From contig WTGI01000084.1 of the NCBI GenBank assembly GCA_011523635.1, forward strand, positions 39,745 through 103,744: DNA of 64,000 bases, given 5' to 3'. The DNA comes from Acidimicrobiia bacterium (GTDB lineage: Bacteria > Actinomycetota > Acidimicrobiia > Spongiisociales > Spongiisociaceae). Positions within the stretch are counted from its first letter, which is position 1. Each line of letters starts with the position of its first letter. The notes below the pieces were generated by a model. That model ran no database searches. It was not told where the DNA came from and saw nothing but the letters and a program-made list of their open reading frames with translations. Position numbers and translations under genes: made by a program. Shown here one piece after another: positions 27,006 through 36,843 of this stretch.

Positions 27006-28580
27006 ATTACCGGCGCCGATGCACTGATCGAATCCCTCCGGGTGAACGGTGTCCGGCACGTCTTCGGTATTCCGAGCACCCACACGCTCGAGATCTACCG
27101 CGCGCTGGGCACGGCGCAGGACATAGAGCACATCACCACCACCCACGAGCAGGGGGCGGCCTTCATGGCGGATGGCTACGCCCGGATGACCGGCCGCCCG
27201 GGGGTCTGCATCGTGACTACCGGGCCGGGCGTAACCAACGCGGCAACCGCCATCGCCGAGGCCTACTCCGACTCCGTCCCGGTGCTCTGCATCACCGCCC
27301 ACATCCCCAGCGAGGACATCGGGCTCGGTAGGGGGCACTCGCACGAACTCCGTTCCCAGGAGAGCGTCCTGGAGGGCATTACCGAACGGCCTCGGCTCGT
27401 GCTCTCGCCTCACGAGGTGGCGCAGGCCGTGCACGATGCGTTCCGGCGTTTCAGGACCGAGCGGCCCCGACCCGTGTGCCTGGCTATTCCTGTAGACGTG
27501 CAGGAGGAGGCCACCTCCGCCCCCATTCCGGCCGCACCGACCGAGGATCCACCCACTCCGAACGGGGACGCGGTCATGAGGGCCTCCCGACTGCTCAATT
27601 CGGCCACGGCGCCGGCCATCGTGGCGGGGGGCGGTGCTCAAGGGGCGGTCGAGGAGGTGTTGGCGATAGCCGAACGCTTGGACGCGCCGGTCGCGACCAC
27701 GCTCAACGGGAAGGGGGTGGTCCCGGGTGGCCACCCTCTGGAGGCTTCGCTGGTTGTCTACCGCGCGGTGGCGCGCTTCCTCGAAGGGTGTGACGTGGTG
27801 CTGGCTGTGGGTACGGAGCTGAGCCCGGCGGACTTCTGGCTGGGTCCGCTGCAGCTGGAGGGGAAGCTGGTACAGGTCGACATCGACCAGGACCAGATCG
27901 GTCGCAACCACCCGGTGGACGCGGCCGTGGTGGGGGAAGCCGGGACGGCACTGGCGATGATGCTCGACTCGGTGGCGGGTTCGAGCCCCGGCGTGGGTGC
28001 CTCCCGTGCGGCCCGAGTCCGCGACCTGGCCGAGCAGGAGGCGTTGGTCATGGGCCGGACCTACCTTCCCTGGATCCGAGCCCTGCGGACGGCTATGCCC
28101 GAGGAGTCCTCCCTCGCCCTGGACGTGGCGATGGTGGCCGGATTCGGCGCTTTCCCCTTCTACGACCTCCCCGGACCGAGGACATGGATGAACCCGTCCG
28201 GTCTGGCCACATTGGGATACGCGCTGCCCGCGGCGATCGGCGCCAAGATCGCCCGGCCCGACAGAGCGGTGGCCGCGCTGGTGGGGGACGGCGGGTTCAT
28301 GTTCACCATGTCGGAGCTGATGGTGGCCGCCCAGCACCGGCTGGCGCTGCCGGTGGTCATCTGGAACGACCGAGCCTTCGGTGAGATAAGCCGCCTGATG
28401 CGGGAACGAGGGTTCGAGCCGTTCGCCACCGACCTGGCGGTCCCGGACCTGGCAACCCTGGCCTCCGCCTACGGCGCGGCGTGGGCACGCGCGGACGATC
28501 CCCCGGATCTGGCGGATGCAGTGGAGGTTGCCCTGGCAGCCGATGGCCCGACCCTGATCGAGGTGCCCGCATGGTCCTGA
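27006..28580 (+). CDS. ThDP-dependent enzyme (acetolactate synthase / 5-guanidino-2-oxopentanoate decarboxylase-like); apparent ATT start
   Basis: TGADAL...VFGIP..HTLEIY, HEQGAAFMADGYAR, TGPGVTN, TLGYALPAAIGAK, GDGGF...WND; SD-like GGAGAGG before ATT at 27006. Confidence 0.85.
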   Translation: MTGADALIESLRVNGVRHVFGIPSTHTLEIYRALGTAQDIEHITTTHEQGAAFMADGYARMTGRPGVCIVTTGPGVTNAATAIAEAYSDSVPVLCITAHIPSEDIGLGRGHSHELRSQESVLEGITERPRLVLSPHEVAQAVHDAFRRFRTERPRPVCLAIPVDVQEEATSAPIPAAPTEDPPTPNGDAVMRASRLLNSATAPAIVAGGGAQGAVEEVLAIAERLDAPVATTLNGKGVVPGGHPLEASLVVYRAVARFLEGCDVVLAVGTELSPADFWLGPLQLEGKLVQVDIDQDQIGRNHPVDAAVVGEAGTALAMMLDSVAGSSPGVGASRAARVRDLAEQEALVMGRTYLPWIRALRTAMPEESSLALDVAMVAGFGAFPFYDLPGPRTWMNPSGLATLGYALPAAIGAKIARPDRAVAALVGDGGFMFTMSELMVAAQHRLALPVVIWNDRAFGEISRLMRERGFEPFATDLAVPDLATLASAYGAAWARADDPPDLADAVEVALAADGPTLIEVPAWS

Positions 28581-29725
28581 CCGAGCGGTACCGGTCTCTC
28601 TTCCCGATCACCGAGACCCGCGCCTACCTCTTCGCCGGGGGTCTTGCCCCGGCTGCGATCCCGGTCAAGGCGGCCCTCGACGGGTGGTCCGATCGATGGA
28701 TGTTCGATCCCGCGTATCACAGGGCGCGTTACTTTGACGAGTGGGAGTTGCTCAAGGCCCGGCTGGCGGCGGTGCTGGGTGCTGATCCCGGCGAGGTAGC
28801 CATCGTCGACAATACCTCTCGGGGGTCCAACCTGGCGGTCCAGATGATCGAACCGCCGCCCGGCGCCAACATCGTCACGGACCCGACCTCCCATCCGAGC
28901 GCCGTCTGGCCCTGGCTGCTGCCCGGCCGCCGGCCGGTCGAGGTCCGCTCGGCTCCTGGCGGGCCATCCTCCACCCGGATGGCGGAGATCGAAAGGCTCG
29001 TGGACGAGAACACCATCGCGGTGCTCGTCTCTCACGTGGCTCCCCGCACCGGCTTCCGCCACGACCTCCGCAAGCTGGCCGAACTCACCCGCAGTTGTGG
29101 CGGCTACCTCATCGTCGACGCCGCCCAGTCGGCGGGCGCCGTTCCCATCGATGCCATGGATGCCGGTGTCGACTTCATCAGCGGCACCCTGATGAAGTGG
29201 TTACTCGGCCCGCCCGGGCTGGGATACCTCTACGCGCGCCGGGAGCACATCGAGTCCCTGACGCCTCCCCATGTCGGATACGTGGGCGCCTACCGGGACG
29301 GCGGGCCGGACGCGCCCGGCGAACTCTCGTACCACCCCGGCGCGGGGCGCCACGAGATCGGTCTGGCGGACTTGCCGGGCATCGCGGCGGCGCGCAGGGG
29401 ATTGGACATCATCCTCGAGGCGGGCATACGGGATATCGAACGGCATGTCCTGGAGCTGACCGGGCAGATGATCGATGGGCTGGCCGAACGGGGGATACAC
29501 GTGCTGACCCCGGCGAGCCCGACCGAGCGGGGCGGGGTGGTGAGCTTCCACTTCGACGGCGCAGTGCCCTTGTGCCGCTATCTGCGGAGGCTGGGCGTGG
29601 ATGTGTGGGGCTACCCCGAGGACGACCGGGTCAGGGCCGACCCGCACCTCTACAACACTCCCGGCGACGTGGACCGACTTCTCGATGGGATCGACGCGTA
29701 CCGGCGTGCGCGAGGAGGGTACTGA
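28571..29725 (+). CDS. Class V PLP enzyme (C-S lyase/epimerase/kynureninase-like)
   Basis: SHV...TGFR.DL, VDAAQSAG, MKWLLGPPGLGYLY, R..PHLYN; lacks the desulfurase Cys loop. Confidence 0.85.
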   Translation: MVLTERYRSLFPITETRAYLFAGGLAPAAIPVKAALDGWSDRWMFDPAYHRARYFDEWELLKARLAAVLGADPGEVAIVDNTSRGSNLAVQMIEPPPGANIVTDPTSHPSAVWPWLLPGRRPVEVRSAPGGPSSTRMAEIERLVDENTIAVLVSHVAPRTGFRHDLRKLAELTRSCGGYLIVDAAQSAGAVPIDAMDAGVDFISGTLMKWLLGPPGLGYLYARREHIESLTPPHVGYVGAYRDGGPDAPGELSYHPGAGRHEIGLADLPGIAAARRGLDIILEAGIRDIERHVLELTGQMIDGLAERGIHVLTPASPTERGGVVSFHFDGAVPLCRYLRRLGVDVWGYPEDDRVRADPHLYNTPGDVDRLLDGIDAYRRARGGY

Positions 29726-29812
29726 AAAATGTCCAGTTGGCCCGATCTTCGACAACAAGACCCCACATCAAACCATCACGGGCCTCCCATCCCCGTCTTT
29801 TTCAGCACCCTC
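29715..29812. mobile_element. MITE family B (98 bp) with IS5/IS1182-like ends
   Basis: TIRs GAGGGTACTGAAAAA / TTTTTCAGCACCCTC (14/15 match); flanks CGAG and CTAG. Confidence 0.7.
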
Positions 29813-29845
29813 CTAGGTTCTGCCAGAGCGTTGGCGGGGTAGACG

Positions 29846-30589
29846 GTGGACTTGGACGGGCGGGTGGCGCTGGTGACCGGCGGGGGCACCGGTCTCGGTC
29901 GGGCAACGTCCCTCGCGTTGGCGGGGGCGGGCGCCTCGGTGGCCGTGAACTACTCGAGGTCGCGTCCGGAGGCAGAGCGGGTCGCCCGGCAGATCAGCGA
30001 CCGCGGAGGGACCGCCCTGGCGGTCCGGGCCGACATCACCGACGATTCGGCGGTTTCCTCGATGGTGGAGTCGGTCGAGGAGGAGTTGGGACCGGTCAGC
30101 ATCCTCGTCAACAATGCGGGCACCACCAGCTACGTTCCGTTCCCCGACCTGGGGGCGGTCACAGCGGAGGAGTGGCGACGGATCATGGATGTCAACGTCA
30201 CGGGTGCGTTCCTGTGCTCCCGGGCGGTGGCGCCCGGGATGCAATCCAGGGGTGCGGGCAAGATCATCAACGTAGCCTCCAATTCCGCTTTCACCAGCGC
30301 GGGTAGCTCCATCCCCTACGTGGTGTCGAAGGCTGCGCTGGTGTCGCTCACCCGCTGCCTGGCCCGGGCGCTGGCGCCGACGGTGCAGGTCAACGCCGTC
30401 GCGCCGGGTTGGATGCTCACCGAATGGATCGACCGCCACGTGCCTCCCGACCGCGCCCGGGAGCTCCGGTCCGGTGCGGTGCCTGTAATACCGGCGGAGG
30501 ATGTGGTCCGGTCCCTTACGGGGCTGCTGGCCAACGATTCGATCACGGGTGAGGTCGCCGTGGTGGATCGCGGCGAGATGCTCGGCTAG
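29846..30589 (+). CDS. Short-chain dehydrogenase/reductase
   Basis: TGGGTGLG, LVNNAG, YVVSK (YxxxK), VNAVAPG. Confidence 0.93.
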   Translation: MDLDGRVALVTGGGTGLGRATSLALAGAGASVAVNYSRSRPEAERVARQISDRGGTALAVRADITDDSAVSSMVESVEEELGPVSILVNNAGTTSYVPFPDLGAVTAEEWRRIMDVNVTGAFLCSRAVAPGMQSRGAGKIINVASNSAFTSAGSSIPYVVSKAALVSLTRCLARALAPTVQVNAVAPGWMLTEWIDRHVPPDRARELRSGAVPVIPAEDVVRSLTGLLANDSITGEVAVVDRGEMLG

Positions 30590-30600
30590 TTGATCAATTC

Positions 30601-31704
30601 CTAGTCGGGTGGTTCGTGATCGGGGGAGGAGACCCTCGAACCGGTGAGAGCCACCAACGTCTCCCTACGTTCGGGGGAGTCCTCCACCGCCTCCGGGAAG
30701 TGGCACGCCACCACACCGGAAGCGCCGGGGTCCTGTACCTTCGCCAGAGGGGGTGCTTCGGTGGTGCAGATCTCCGGGTTTCCCAGATTTCGCCGCAGCC
30801 AGCATCGCGTGTTGAAGCGGCAGCCCGTGGGAGGATCGGCCGGGCTGGGTACATCACCCTCCAACACGATACGTTGCCGGGTGGCTTCGGCCTCGGTGTC
30901 GGGAATGGGCGCCGACGACAGGAGTGCCACCGTGTACGGGTGGAGGGGCCGCCGGTAGAGGTCCTCTGTGGGCCGCAACTCGACGATCTTTCCCAGGTAC
31001 ATGACCGCCACCCGGTCGGTCACCTGCCGTACGAGGGCGAGATCGTGCGCGATGACCAGGTAGGTCAGGTGGAACTCCTGCTGGAGGTCGCTGAGCAGGT
31101 TGAGTATCTGCGCGCGAATACTGACGTCGAGAGCGCTGACGGGCTCGTCGGCGATGATCAGGTCCGGCCGGAGCGCCATGGCCCGGGCGATGGCGATGCG
31201 TTGCCGCTGGCCTCCGCTGAACGCATGCGGGTAGCGGCCCGCCGCGTCAGGTGGTAGCCCGACCGTCTCAAGCAGATCGGCGACCCTCGCCCGGCGCTCT
31301 GACGGGGTCCCCTGGCGATGGATGGCGAGCGGCTCGGCGACTATCCGCTCCACCGTCCGCTTCGGGTTGAGGCTGGAGAACGGGTCCTGGAAGACCGGCT
31401 GCATCCGGCGTCGCATCAGCCGCAGTTCTCGACGCGAGACGGTTGACAGGTCGACGCCGTCGAACAGGATGCTTCCCTGCGTCGGGTCCAGGAGTTTGAG
31501 GATGGCTCGGGCGGTCGTGGTCTTGCCGCATCCCGACTCACCCACGAGACCCAGGGTTTCGCCGCGCCGGACGGTGAAGGAAATCCCGTCCACCGCCTTG
31601 ATGGAGCCACCGGCCTTGGCTGACGATCCGCGCCCTGCCGGAAACCAGACCCTCAGGTCCTGGACCTCGACCAGGGCCGGACTCGCGACCTGCTCGGTGC
31701 TCAT
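30601..31704 (-). CDS. Opp/Dpp ABC transporter ATPase (OppF-like)
   Basis: GESGCGKTT, FSGGQRQR, ADEPVSALD, HPYT, GCRF..RC. Confidence 0.95.
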   Translation of the reverse strand: MSTEQVASPALVEVQDLRVWFPAGRGSSAKAGGSIKAVDGISFTVRRGETLGLVGESGCGKTTTARAILKLLDPTQGSILFDGVDLSTVSRRELRLMRRRMQPVFQDPFSSLNPKRTVERIVAEPLAIHRQGTPSERRARVADLLETVGLPPDAAGRYPHAFSGGQRQRIAIARAMALRPDLIIADEPVSALDVSIRAQILNLLSDLQQEFHLTYLVIAHDLALVRQVTDRVAVMYLGKIVELRPTEDLYRRPLHPYTVALLSSAPIPDTEAEATRQRIVLEGDVPSPADPPTGCRFNTRCWLRRNLGNPEICTTEAPPLAKVQDPGASGVVACHFPEAVEDSPERRETLVALTGSRVSSPDHEPPD

Positions 31705-32822
31705 CGAGCCGGTCCGCGTTCGCCGCCCGCCGGTTCCGGGGGGTTCCAGCAGGCGGTCAGGTGGGGGCTCACCGGCCCGGGGACCTGGTCTCCGTCCCGC
31801 TCACGGATCGACGGCATGTCCCAGCCCCGGGCGGCGGCGCGCCGGGCGGTAGGGATGGTCATCAACGGCGGGTCCTCGTCGGCGCATCGATCGATTCTGG
31901 AAGGGCACCTGGGAGCGAAGGGACATCCCCTGACGGGTTGGGTCGGGTCGGGAGGCTGGCCCTCGATCGTCACGAGCCGTTCCTGGCGGACATCGATCCG
32001 GGGCAGGGATCTGTGAAGGGCGACCGTATACGGATGGGATGCTCTCGTGAACACATCCGCGGTGGCGGAGGACTCGACTATGCGCCCCGCGTACATGACC
32101 ATCACCCGCTGCGTGACGCCGGCCACCACGCCCAGATCGTGGGTGATGAGCAGCATCGTGGTCTCGTGCTCGGAGGTCAGTTCCTGGAGCAACTCCAGGA
32201 TCTGGGCCTGCACGGTGACATCGAGGGCGGTGGTCGGCTCGTCCGCAATCAGGAGTGCGGGCCGGGGCGCCACCGCCATGGCTATGACGGCGCGCTGCCG
32301 CATGCCTCCGGAGAACTGGTGCGGGTAGTCGGAGATGCGCTCCTCCGCGTTGGGAACTCCCACGGTTTCCAGCAGTCGGGCCGCCTCCCGGCGCGCCGCC
32401 CTCGCCCCGAGTCCCTTGTTCTTGCTCAGTACCTCGGTGAGCTGCTTTCCGATCGTCAGCACCGGGTTCAGGGAACTGAAGGGGTCCTGGTAGACGATCC
32501 CCACCTGGTCACCCCGTACGGCCCTCAGTTCGCGCTCGTTGAGCTGCAACAGATCGGCGCCGTCCAGCATCACTCTCCCGGAGACATCGGCGTAGTCGGG
32601 TAGCAGCCGCACCAGCGCCAGCGCGCCGGCGCTCTTGCCCGATCCGCTTTCGCCGACCAGGCCGACGTGTTCTCCTGCCGCCAGGTCGTACGAGACCCCT
32701 CGCACCGCCAGTACCGGCGCTCTTGCCCGGAAGGTGACGTCCAGATCCCGCACCGACAGCACGGGCCGGTCCGGACCGGGAGAGGCTGCCTCGGAGCGGG
32801 ATTCAGCGGCCGGGGTCTTCAT
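31701..32822 (-). CDS. Opp/Dpp ABC transporter ATPase (OppD-like)
   Basis: GESGSGKS, FSGGMRQR, ADEPTTALDVT, GCPFAPRC. Confidence 0.95.
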   Translation of the reverse strand: MKTPAAESRSEAASPGPDRPVLSVRDLDVTFRARAPVLAVRGVSYDLAAGEHVGLVGESGSGKSAGALALVRLLPDYADVSGRVMLDGADLLQLNERELRAVRGDQVGIVYQDPFSSLNPVLTIGKQLTEVLSKNKGLGARAARREAARLLETVGVPNAEERISDYPHQFSGGMRQRAVIAMAVAPRPALLIADEPTTALDVTVQAQILELLQELTSEHETTMLLITHDLGVVAGVTQRVMVMYAGRIVESSATADVFTRASHPYTVALHRSLPRIDVRQERLVTIEGQPPDPTQPVRGCPFAPRCPSRIDRCADEDPPLMTIPTARRAAARGWDMPSIRERDGDQVPGPVSPHLTACWNPPEPAGGERGPAR

Positions 32823-33681
32823 GGACCGACCGGGTCACGATACCCCCGGCGAAGTTGATGGCCGATACGAACAGCAGCAGAGCGAGGCCGGGGCTGAGGA
32901 TGAACCACCAGTGGGTGGGGTACTGGAGGGCCTCGCGGATCATGTACCCCCACTCGGGGGTCGGCGCCGAGACGCCGAGGCCCAGGAAGCCGAGCGTGGA
33001 GCCGGCCAGGATGGCGTAGCCGATGTCGAGGACGAAGATGGTCTTCATCACCCCGAAGCTGTTGGGCAGGACCGTGAGCAGCAGGTTCCGCATCGGCCCC
33101 GCTCCCAAAGCCCTGGAGGCGGTCACGAACTCGCGTTCCTTCACCACGATGACCTGGCCCCGGATCAGCCGGGCGTAGACCGGCCACCAGGCTGCCGCGA
33201 TGGCGATGATGACGTTGCGGATGGTGGGTCCCAGCGCTGCGGAGATGAGCAGGGCCAGCATGATGGAGGGGAACGACAGGAAGATGTCGACGATCCGCAT
33301 CATCACCGCGTCGACCATGCCACCGGCATATCCGGACACTGCGCCGTAGAGCACGCCGACGGCGCCCGCCGTCAGGAGGACGAAGACGCCGATCACCACC
33401 GACACGCGGCCCCCGTGGAGGATCCGCGCCCACAGGTCACGGCCCAGGTTGTCGGTGCCCAGCCAGTTCTCGGCACTCGAACCGGCCAGGGCCGACGTCA
33501 GATCCTGGGCGAGCGGATCGGGGGCGATGAGGGGCGCGGCGGCGATGGCCACCACTATCACCACGATCACTCCGACGCCGTAGAACTCGAGGAAGGTGCG
33601 GGGCCGGAGGGACTCCAGGGTGGTGGCGAGGCGGGTGGGCGCTACGGCCTCCTCCAGGCGGCGGAGCCGGCCCAGGGTCAC
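32803..33681 (-). CDS. Opp/Dpp ABC transporter permease (OppC-like)
   Basis: WLGTDNLGRDL, EFVTASRALGA, LGFLGLG...PTPEWG; GTG start overlaps the OppB stop. Confidence 0.93.
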   Translation of the reverse strand: MTLGRLRRLEEAVAPTRLATTLESLRPRTFLEFYGVGVIVVIVVAIAAAPLIAPDPLAQDLTSALAGSSAENWLGTDNLGRDLWARILHGGRVSVVIGVFVLLTAGAVGVLYGAVSGYAGGMVDAVMMRIVDIFLSFPSIMLALLISAALGPTIRNVIIAIAAAWWPVYARLIRGQVIVVKEREFVTASRALGAGPMRNLLLTVLPNSFGVMKTIFVLDIGYAILAGSTLGFLGLGVSAPTPEWGYMIREALQYPTHWWFILSPGLALLLFVSAINFAGGIVTRSVHEDPGR

Positions 33682-34715
33682 GAACTCATCCCGTCGCGTA
33701 CCCGCGGGTCGGCCACCGTGTACAGCAGGTCGACCGCCAGGTTGGCGAGGACGTAGGCCAGGCTGATCACCAGCACCACGCCGGAGAGGGCGTTGAGGTC
33801 CAGGCGCGTGGCCGCCGTGAAGGCGTACGAGCCGAGTCCGGGCCAGCCCACCACCCGTTCCACCACGATGATCCCGGTGAGCAGCGAACCGAAGGCAAGC
33901 CCCGACAGGGTGATCACCGGGATGACCGCGTTGCGAAAGGCATGGCGGTAGAGGACCAGACGGCGGCGCAGGCCCTTGCCGCGAGCGGTGCGGACGTAGT
34001 CCGACTCCAAGGCGTCGACCATCTCCGAACGGACCACCCGGGCGAAGTAGAAGCCGATCACCAGACCCAGCACCAGGGCGGGGAACGCCAGGTGGTGCAG
34101 GGTGTCGATCAGGGCGTCCCAGCGGCCGGCCAGTATGGAGTCGACGGTGACCATCCCGGTCACGTCCGGCGGCGGGCGGGTGAAGATGTCCAGCTGCCCG
34201 GGCCCGGCCGCCCACCCCAGCCGCCCGTAGAACACCGTGAATCCCACGATGGCCAGCCAGAAGACCGGCACCGAGATCGCCAGGGTGGAGGCCACCTTGA
34301 AGAACTCGTCCCAGACGCCTCCCCGGCGCGCCGCCGCGAACACGCCGAGCGGGATGCCGAACAGGAGCGCGACCAGCAAGGCCGCCACGACCAACTCGAT
34401 GGTGGGGGGTACCACGTTGGCGAGGTCGGTGCTGACCGCTCGCGCCGAGTGGCTCGATTCGCCCATGTCACCCTGCAGGAGGTTGGTCAGGTAGATCCAG
34501 TAGCGCTCCGGGATCGGCTTGTCCCATCCCCAGCGGGCGTTGAGGGCGTCGATGATGGCCTGTTCAGCCGCGTCGGATTGGGCTGCGCCCCGACCTCCCA
34601 GGTAGGCGGCGACCGGGTCGATGGGGATCAGTTGGGAGACGAAGAAGGTGATGCAGGTCATGCCCAGCAGCACGAGCGGAGCCAGGGCCAGGCGCCGCAG
34701 TACGAACCAGCGCAT
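33678..34715 (-). CDS. Opp/Dpp ABC transporter permease (OppB-like)
   Basis: GDMG.S, PVFWL, DYVRTARGKGL, HAFRNA, PGLG, DPRVR. Confidence 0.94.
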   Translation of the reverse strand: MRWFVLRRLALAPLVLLGMTCITFFVSQLIPIDPVAAYLGGRGAAQSDAAEQAIIDALNARWGWDKPIPERYWIYLTNLLQGDMGESSHSARAVSTDLANVVPPTIELVVAALLVALLFGIPLGVFAAARRGGVWDEFFKVASTLAISVPVFWLAIVGFTVFYGRLGWAAGPGQLDIFTRPPPDVTGMVTVDSILAGRWDALIDTLHHLAFPALVLGLVIGFYFARVVRSEMVDALESDYVRTARGKGLRRRLVLYRHAFRNAVIPVITLSGLAFGSLLTGIIVVERVVGWPGLGSYAFTAATRLDLNALSGVVLVISLAYVLANLAVDLLYTVADPRVRDGMSS

Positions 34716-34757
34716 GTCAACTCCTCCGGGTCACGGCTTCAGTCGTACGAGATGGGG

Positions 34758-34789
34758 ATCGGGGGGCGACCGGCCGGCCGCCCCCCGAT
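34758..34789 (-). terminator. Stem-loop after the solute-binding protein gene (mRNA stabiliser or terminator)
   Basis: ATCGGGGGGCG...CGCCCCCCGAT 11-bp inverted repeat. Confidence 0.6.
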
Positions 34790-34818
34790 GGATTGTGCGG
34801 TCTCCCGCGAGACCTCGA

Positions 34819-36630
34819 CTACCGGGACCGCCCCATCCGGTAAGGCTCGAACCGGTGTACGGCGTGGTAGTAGACGCCGGTCAACGTGTTGACGTGCGGG
34901 TACCACTCGGGAATCTCGACCATCAGGTGAGTCGGGTTGGCTTCCAAGCTCAACCGCTCCACCTCGTTCAGCAGGCTCAACCGCTCCGCCGGATCGACCG
35001 ACGCCAGCGCCGCGTCACCTGCCGCCTTGATCTCGTCATACAGAGGCCAGCCCTCGGCATTGTCGGGCCAGAGCGACCGCTGCCAGTTGACGAATCCGTC
35101 CGCGAACGACACCGCCGCCGAGTTCATCGCCGACGGGAAGTCGGGGAACCAGTCGCTCACGTTGATGTCGAGGTCGCCCTTGCGGAAGTCGGTGAAGAAC
35201 ACGCCCACATCGCGGATCTGCACCTCGGTCTTGACACCGATGTCGGCGAAGTCGGCGGCCAGCTTCTGGGCCACGTCACCGAATCCGGGGCAGAAACCGC
35301 TCCACTGGAACGTCTGGAGACGGATCGGGTTCTCAGGATCGTCGTAGCCGTCGGGATAGCCCGCCTCCGCCAGCAGTTCCTTGGCCTTGTCGAGGTCACG
35401 CTCGTAGCCGTCCGTGATGCCTCCCAGGCGCATCGGCGCCAGGCCGTACACCCGGTTGGCGGTGTAGCCGGGACAGAGTCGCTGGAGGCCGTCGTAGTCG
35501 ATGGCGTATTTGAGCGCCTTCTGGACCGTCGGGTTGGCCACGAATGCGTTGTTGTTCTCCGCATCGGTCGTGAATATCACGTAGTACCAGTGGTTGGTGT
35601 TGGCCTGCAGGATCGTGTAGTCCTCTCCCAACGTAGCGGCCTGGTGCGGGATCACTGTCCACGCCAGGTCGATGTCGCCCCGGGCCAGCGCGTCGATGCG
35701 CGACTGGGCTTCGGGGATGTTCACCATGATGATCCGCTCCATGACGGCGGGCGGGCCTCCCCAGTAATCGTCCACGCGGACGATCTCGAGGCGACTGCCC
35801 GGTTCGGAGAAGTCGAAGGTGAACGGACCGGATCCGGCGCTGTTCAGGGCCAGCCATTCGCCGGCCGTGTCGGTCTCCGAGGCATCCTCCCCGGCCGCGC
35901 CGCCGTTGGCCATCACCAACTCGCTGTTGAGGATGCTGAAAGCGGCGGCGGTGGTCAGGCCCGGGAACTCAGCGTCGGGTGCGGCCAGGTTGACCACGAC
36001 GGTCTGGGGGTCGGGCGTGTCGACGCTGGCGAGGTTGGCCGCCTGGTAGGACGGCGTGGCGGCTACGTTCTTCAGCCGCATGAACGAGAACGCCACATCG
36101 GCAGAGGTGACCGGTGACCCGTCGTGGAAGCGGGCGTCCGGGTTCAGCTTGAACGTCCACTGGGTAGCGTCCGCGTTGGACGACCACTCGGTGGCCAACT
36201 CGGGAAGCAGCGTCTGGTAGTCGTAGCCGGTATCGGTCTGCGCCCACTGCGCGAGGTTGTTGTACACGGATCCGAGCACCAGCACGTACAGTTCCTCGAA
36301 GGCCCGGGCCGGATCGAACTTGGTGTCGCCATCCATCTTCTTGCCGATCACGACGGTTGCCTCGCGGCCCGTCAGGGGTTCGGCCATCGCCTCGGTGGTG
36401 GTCGTAGCAGCGGCGGTCGTCGTGGTGGTCTCACCCGCCGGCGCCGCGGTCGTGGTGGTCGTTCCCACCTCTACCACAGTCGTGGCGGTTGTCTCCGCGG
36501 GCGCAGCGGTTGTCGCAGGCGCCGCCGTGGTTGCAGGCGCATCGTCCGCGTCGTCCGTGCCGCATGCGACGGCGAACATAACCAGAGTTAACAACACTGC
36601 CAGCCATCGGCCTGTTCGGTGCATGTACAT
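34819..36630 (-). CDS. Family 5 ABC solute-binding lipoprotein
   Basis: Lipobox FAVAC, Thr-rich linker, PELATEW, WTFKL...RFHDGSPVT..DV.FS, GSGPF, KAKELLAEAGYPDG. Confidence 0.93.
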   Translation of the reverse strand: MYMHRTGRWLAVLLTLVMFAVACGTDDADDAPATTAAPATTAAPAETTATTVVEVGTTTTTAAPAGETTTTTAAATTTTEAMAEPLTGREATVVIGKKMDGDTKFDPARAFEELYVLVLGSVYNNLAQWAQTDTGYDYQTLLPELATEWSSNADATQWTFKLNPDARFHDGSPVTSADVAFSFMRLKNVAATPSYQAANLASVDTPDPQTVVVNLAAPDAEFPGLTTAAAFSILNSELVMANGGAAGEDASETDTAGEWLALNSAGSGPFTFDFSEPGSRLEIVRVDDYWGGPPAVMERIIMVNIPEAQSRIDALARGDIDLAWTVIPHQAATLGEDYTILQANTNHWYYVIFTTDAENNNAFVANPTVQKALKYAIDYDGLQRLCPGYTANRVYGLAPMRLGGITDGYERDLDKAKELLAEAGYPDGYDDPENPIRLQTFQWSGFCPGFGDVAQKLAADFADIGVKTEVQIRDVGVFFTDFRKGDLDINVSDWFPDFPSAMNSAAVSFADGFVNWQRSLWPDNAEGWPLYDEIKAAGDAALASVDPAERLSLLNEVERLSLEANPTHLMVEIPEWYPHVNTLTGVYYHAVHRFEPYRMGRSR

Positions 36631-36843
36631 CGTTATTCCTCCCTCCGGGTTCCCAGGTAGGTACGTACTTGCCCCGCTGGACTCCCGAGTTATCCCCGGT
36701 GATCATACATGGGGAGACTGTCCGGCGTCCGAGATAGGTGGATCGCAACATCCTTGGTGATCGGCGCCCCGTGGTGGGCGAAGACCGCCTGACTGACCAA
36801 GAGCGATCCATCGAAACCGGAGCAAGCACGGAGCGAGACGAAC

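Noticed and set aside
28571-29725. Selenocysteine lyase/cysteine desulfurase linked to the selenoprotein
   Set aside because: Lacks the catalytic Cys loop (RxGxHC or GSAC) and lies in an unrelated operon 13 kb away
30586-30604. CTAG...CTAG as a MITE excision footprint
   Set aside because: Fully explained by the TAG stop codons of two convergent genes
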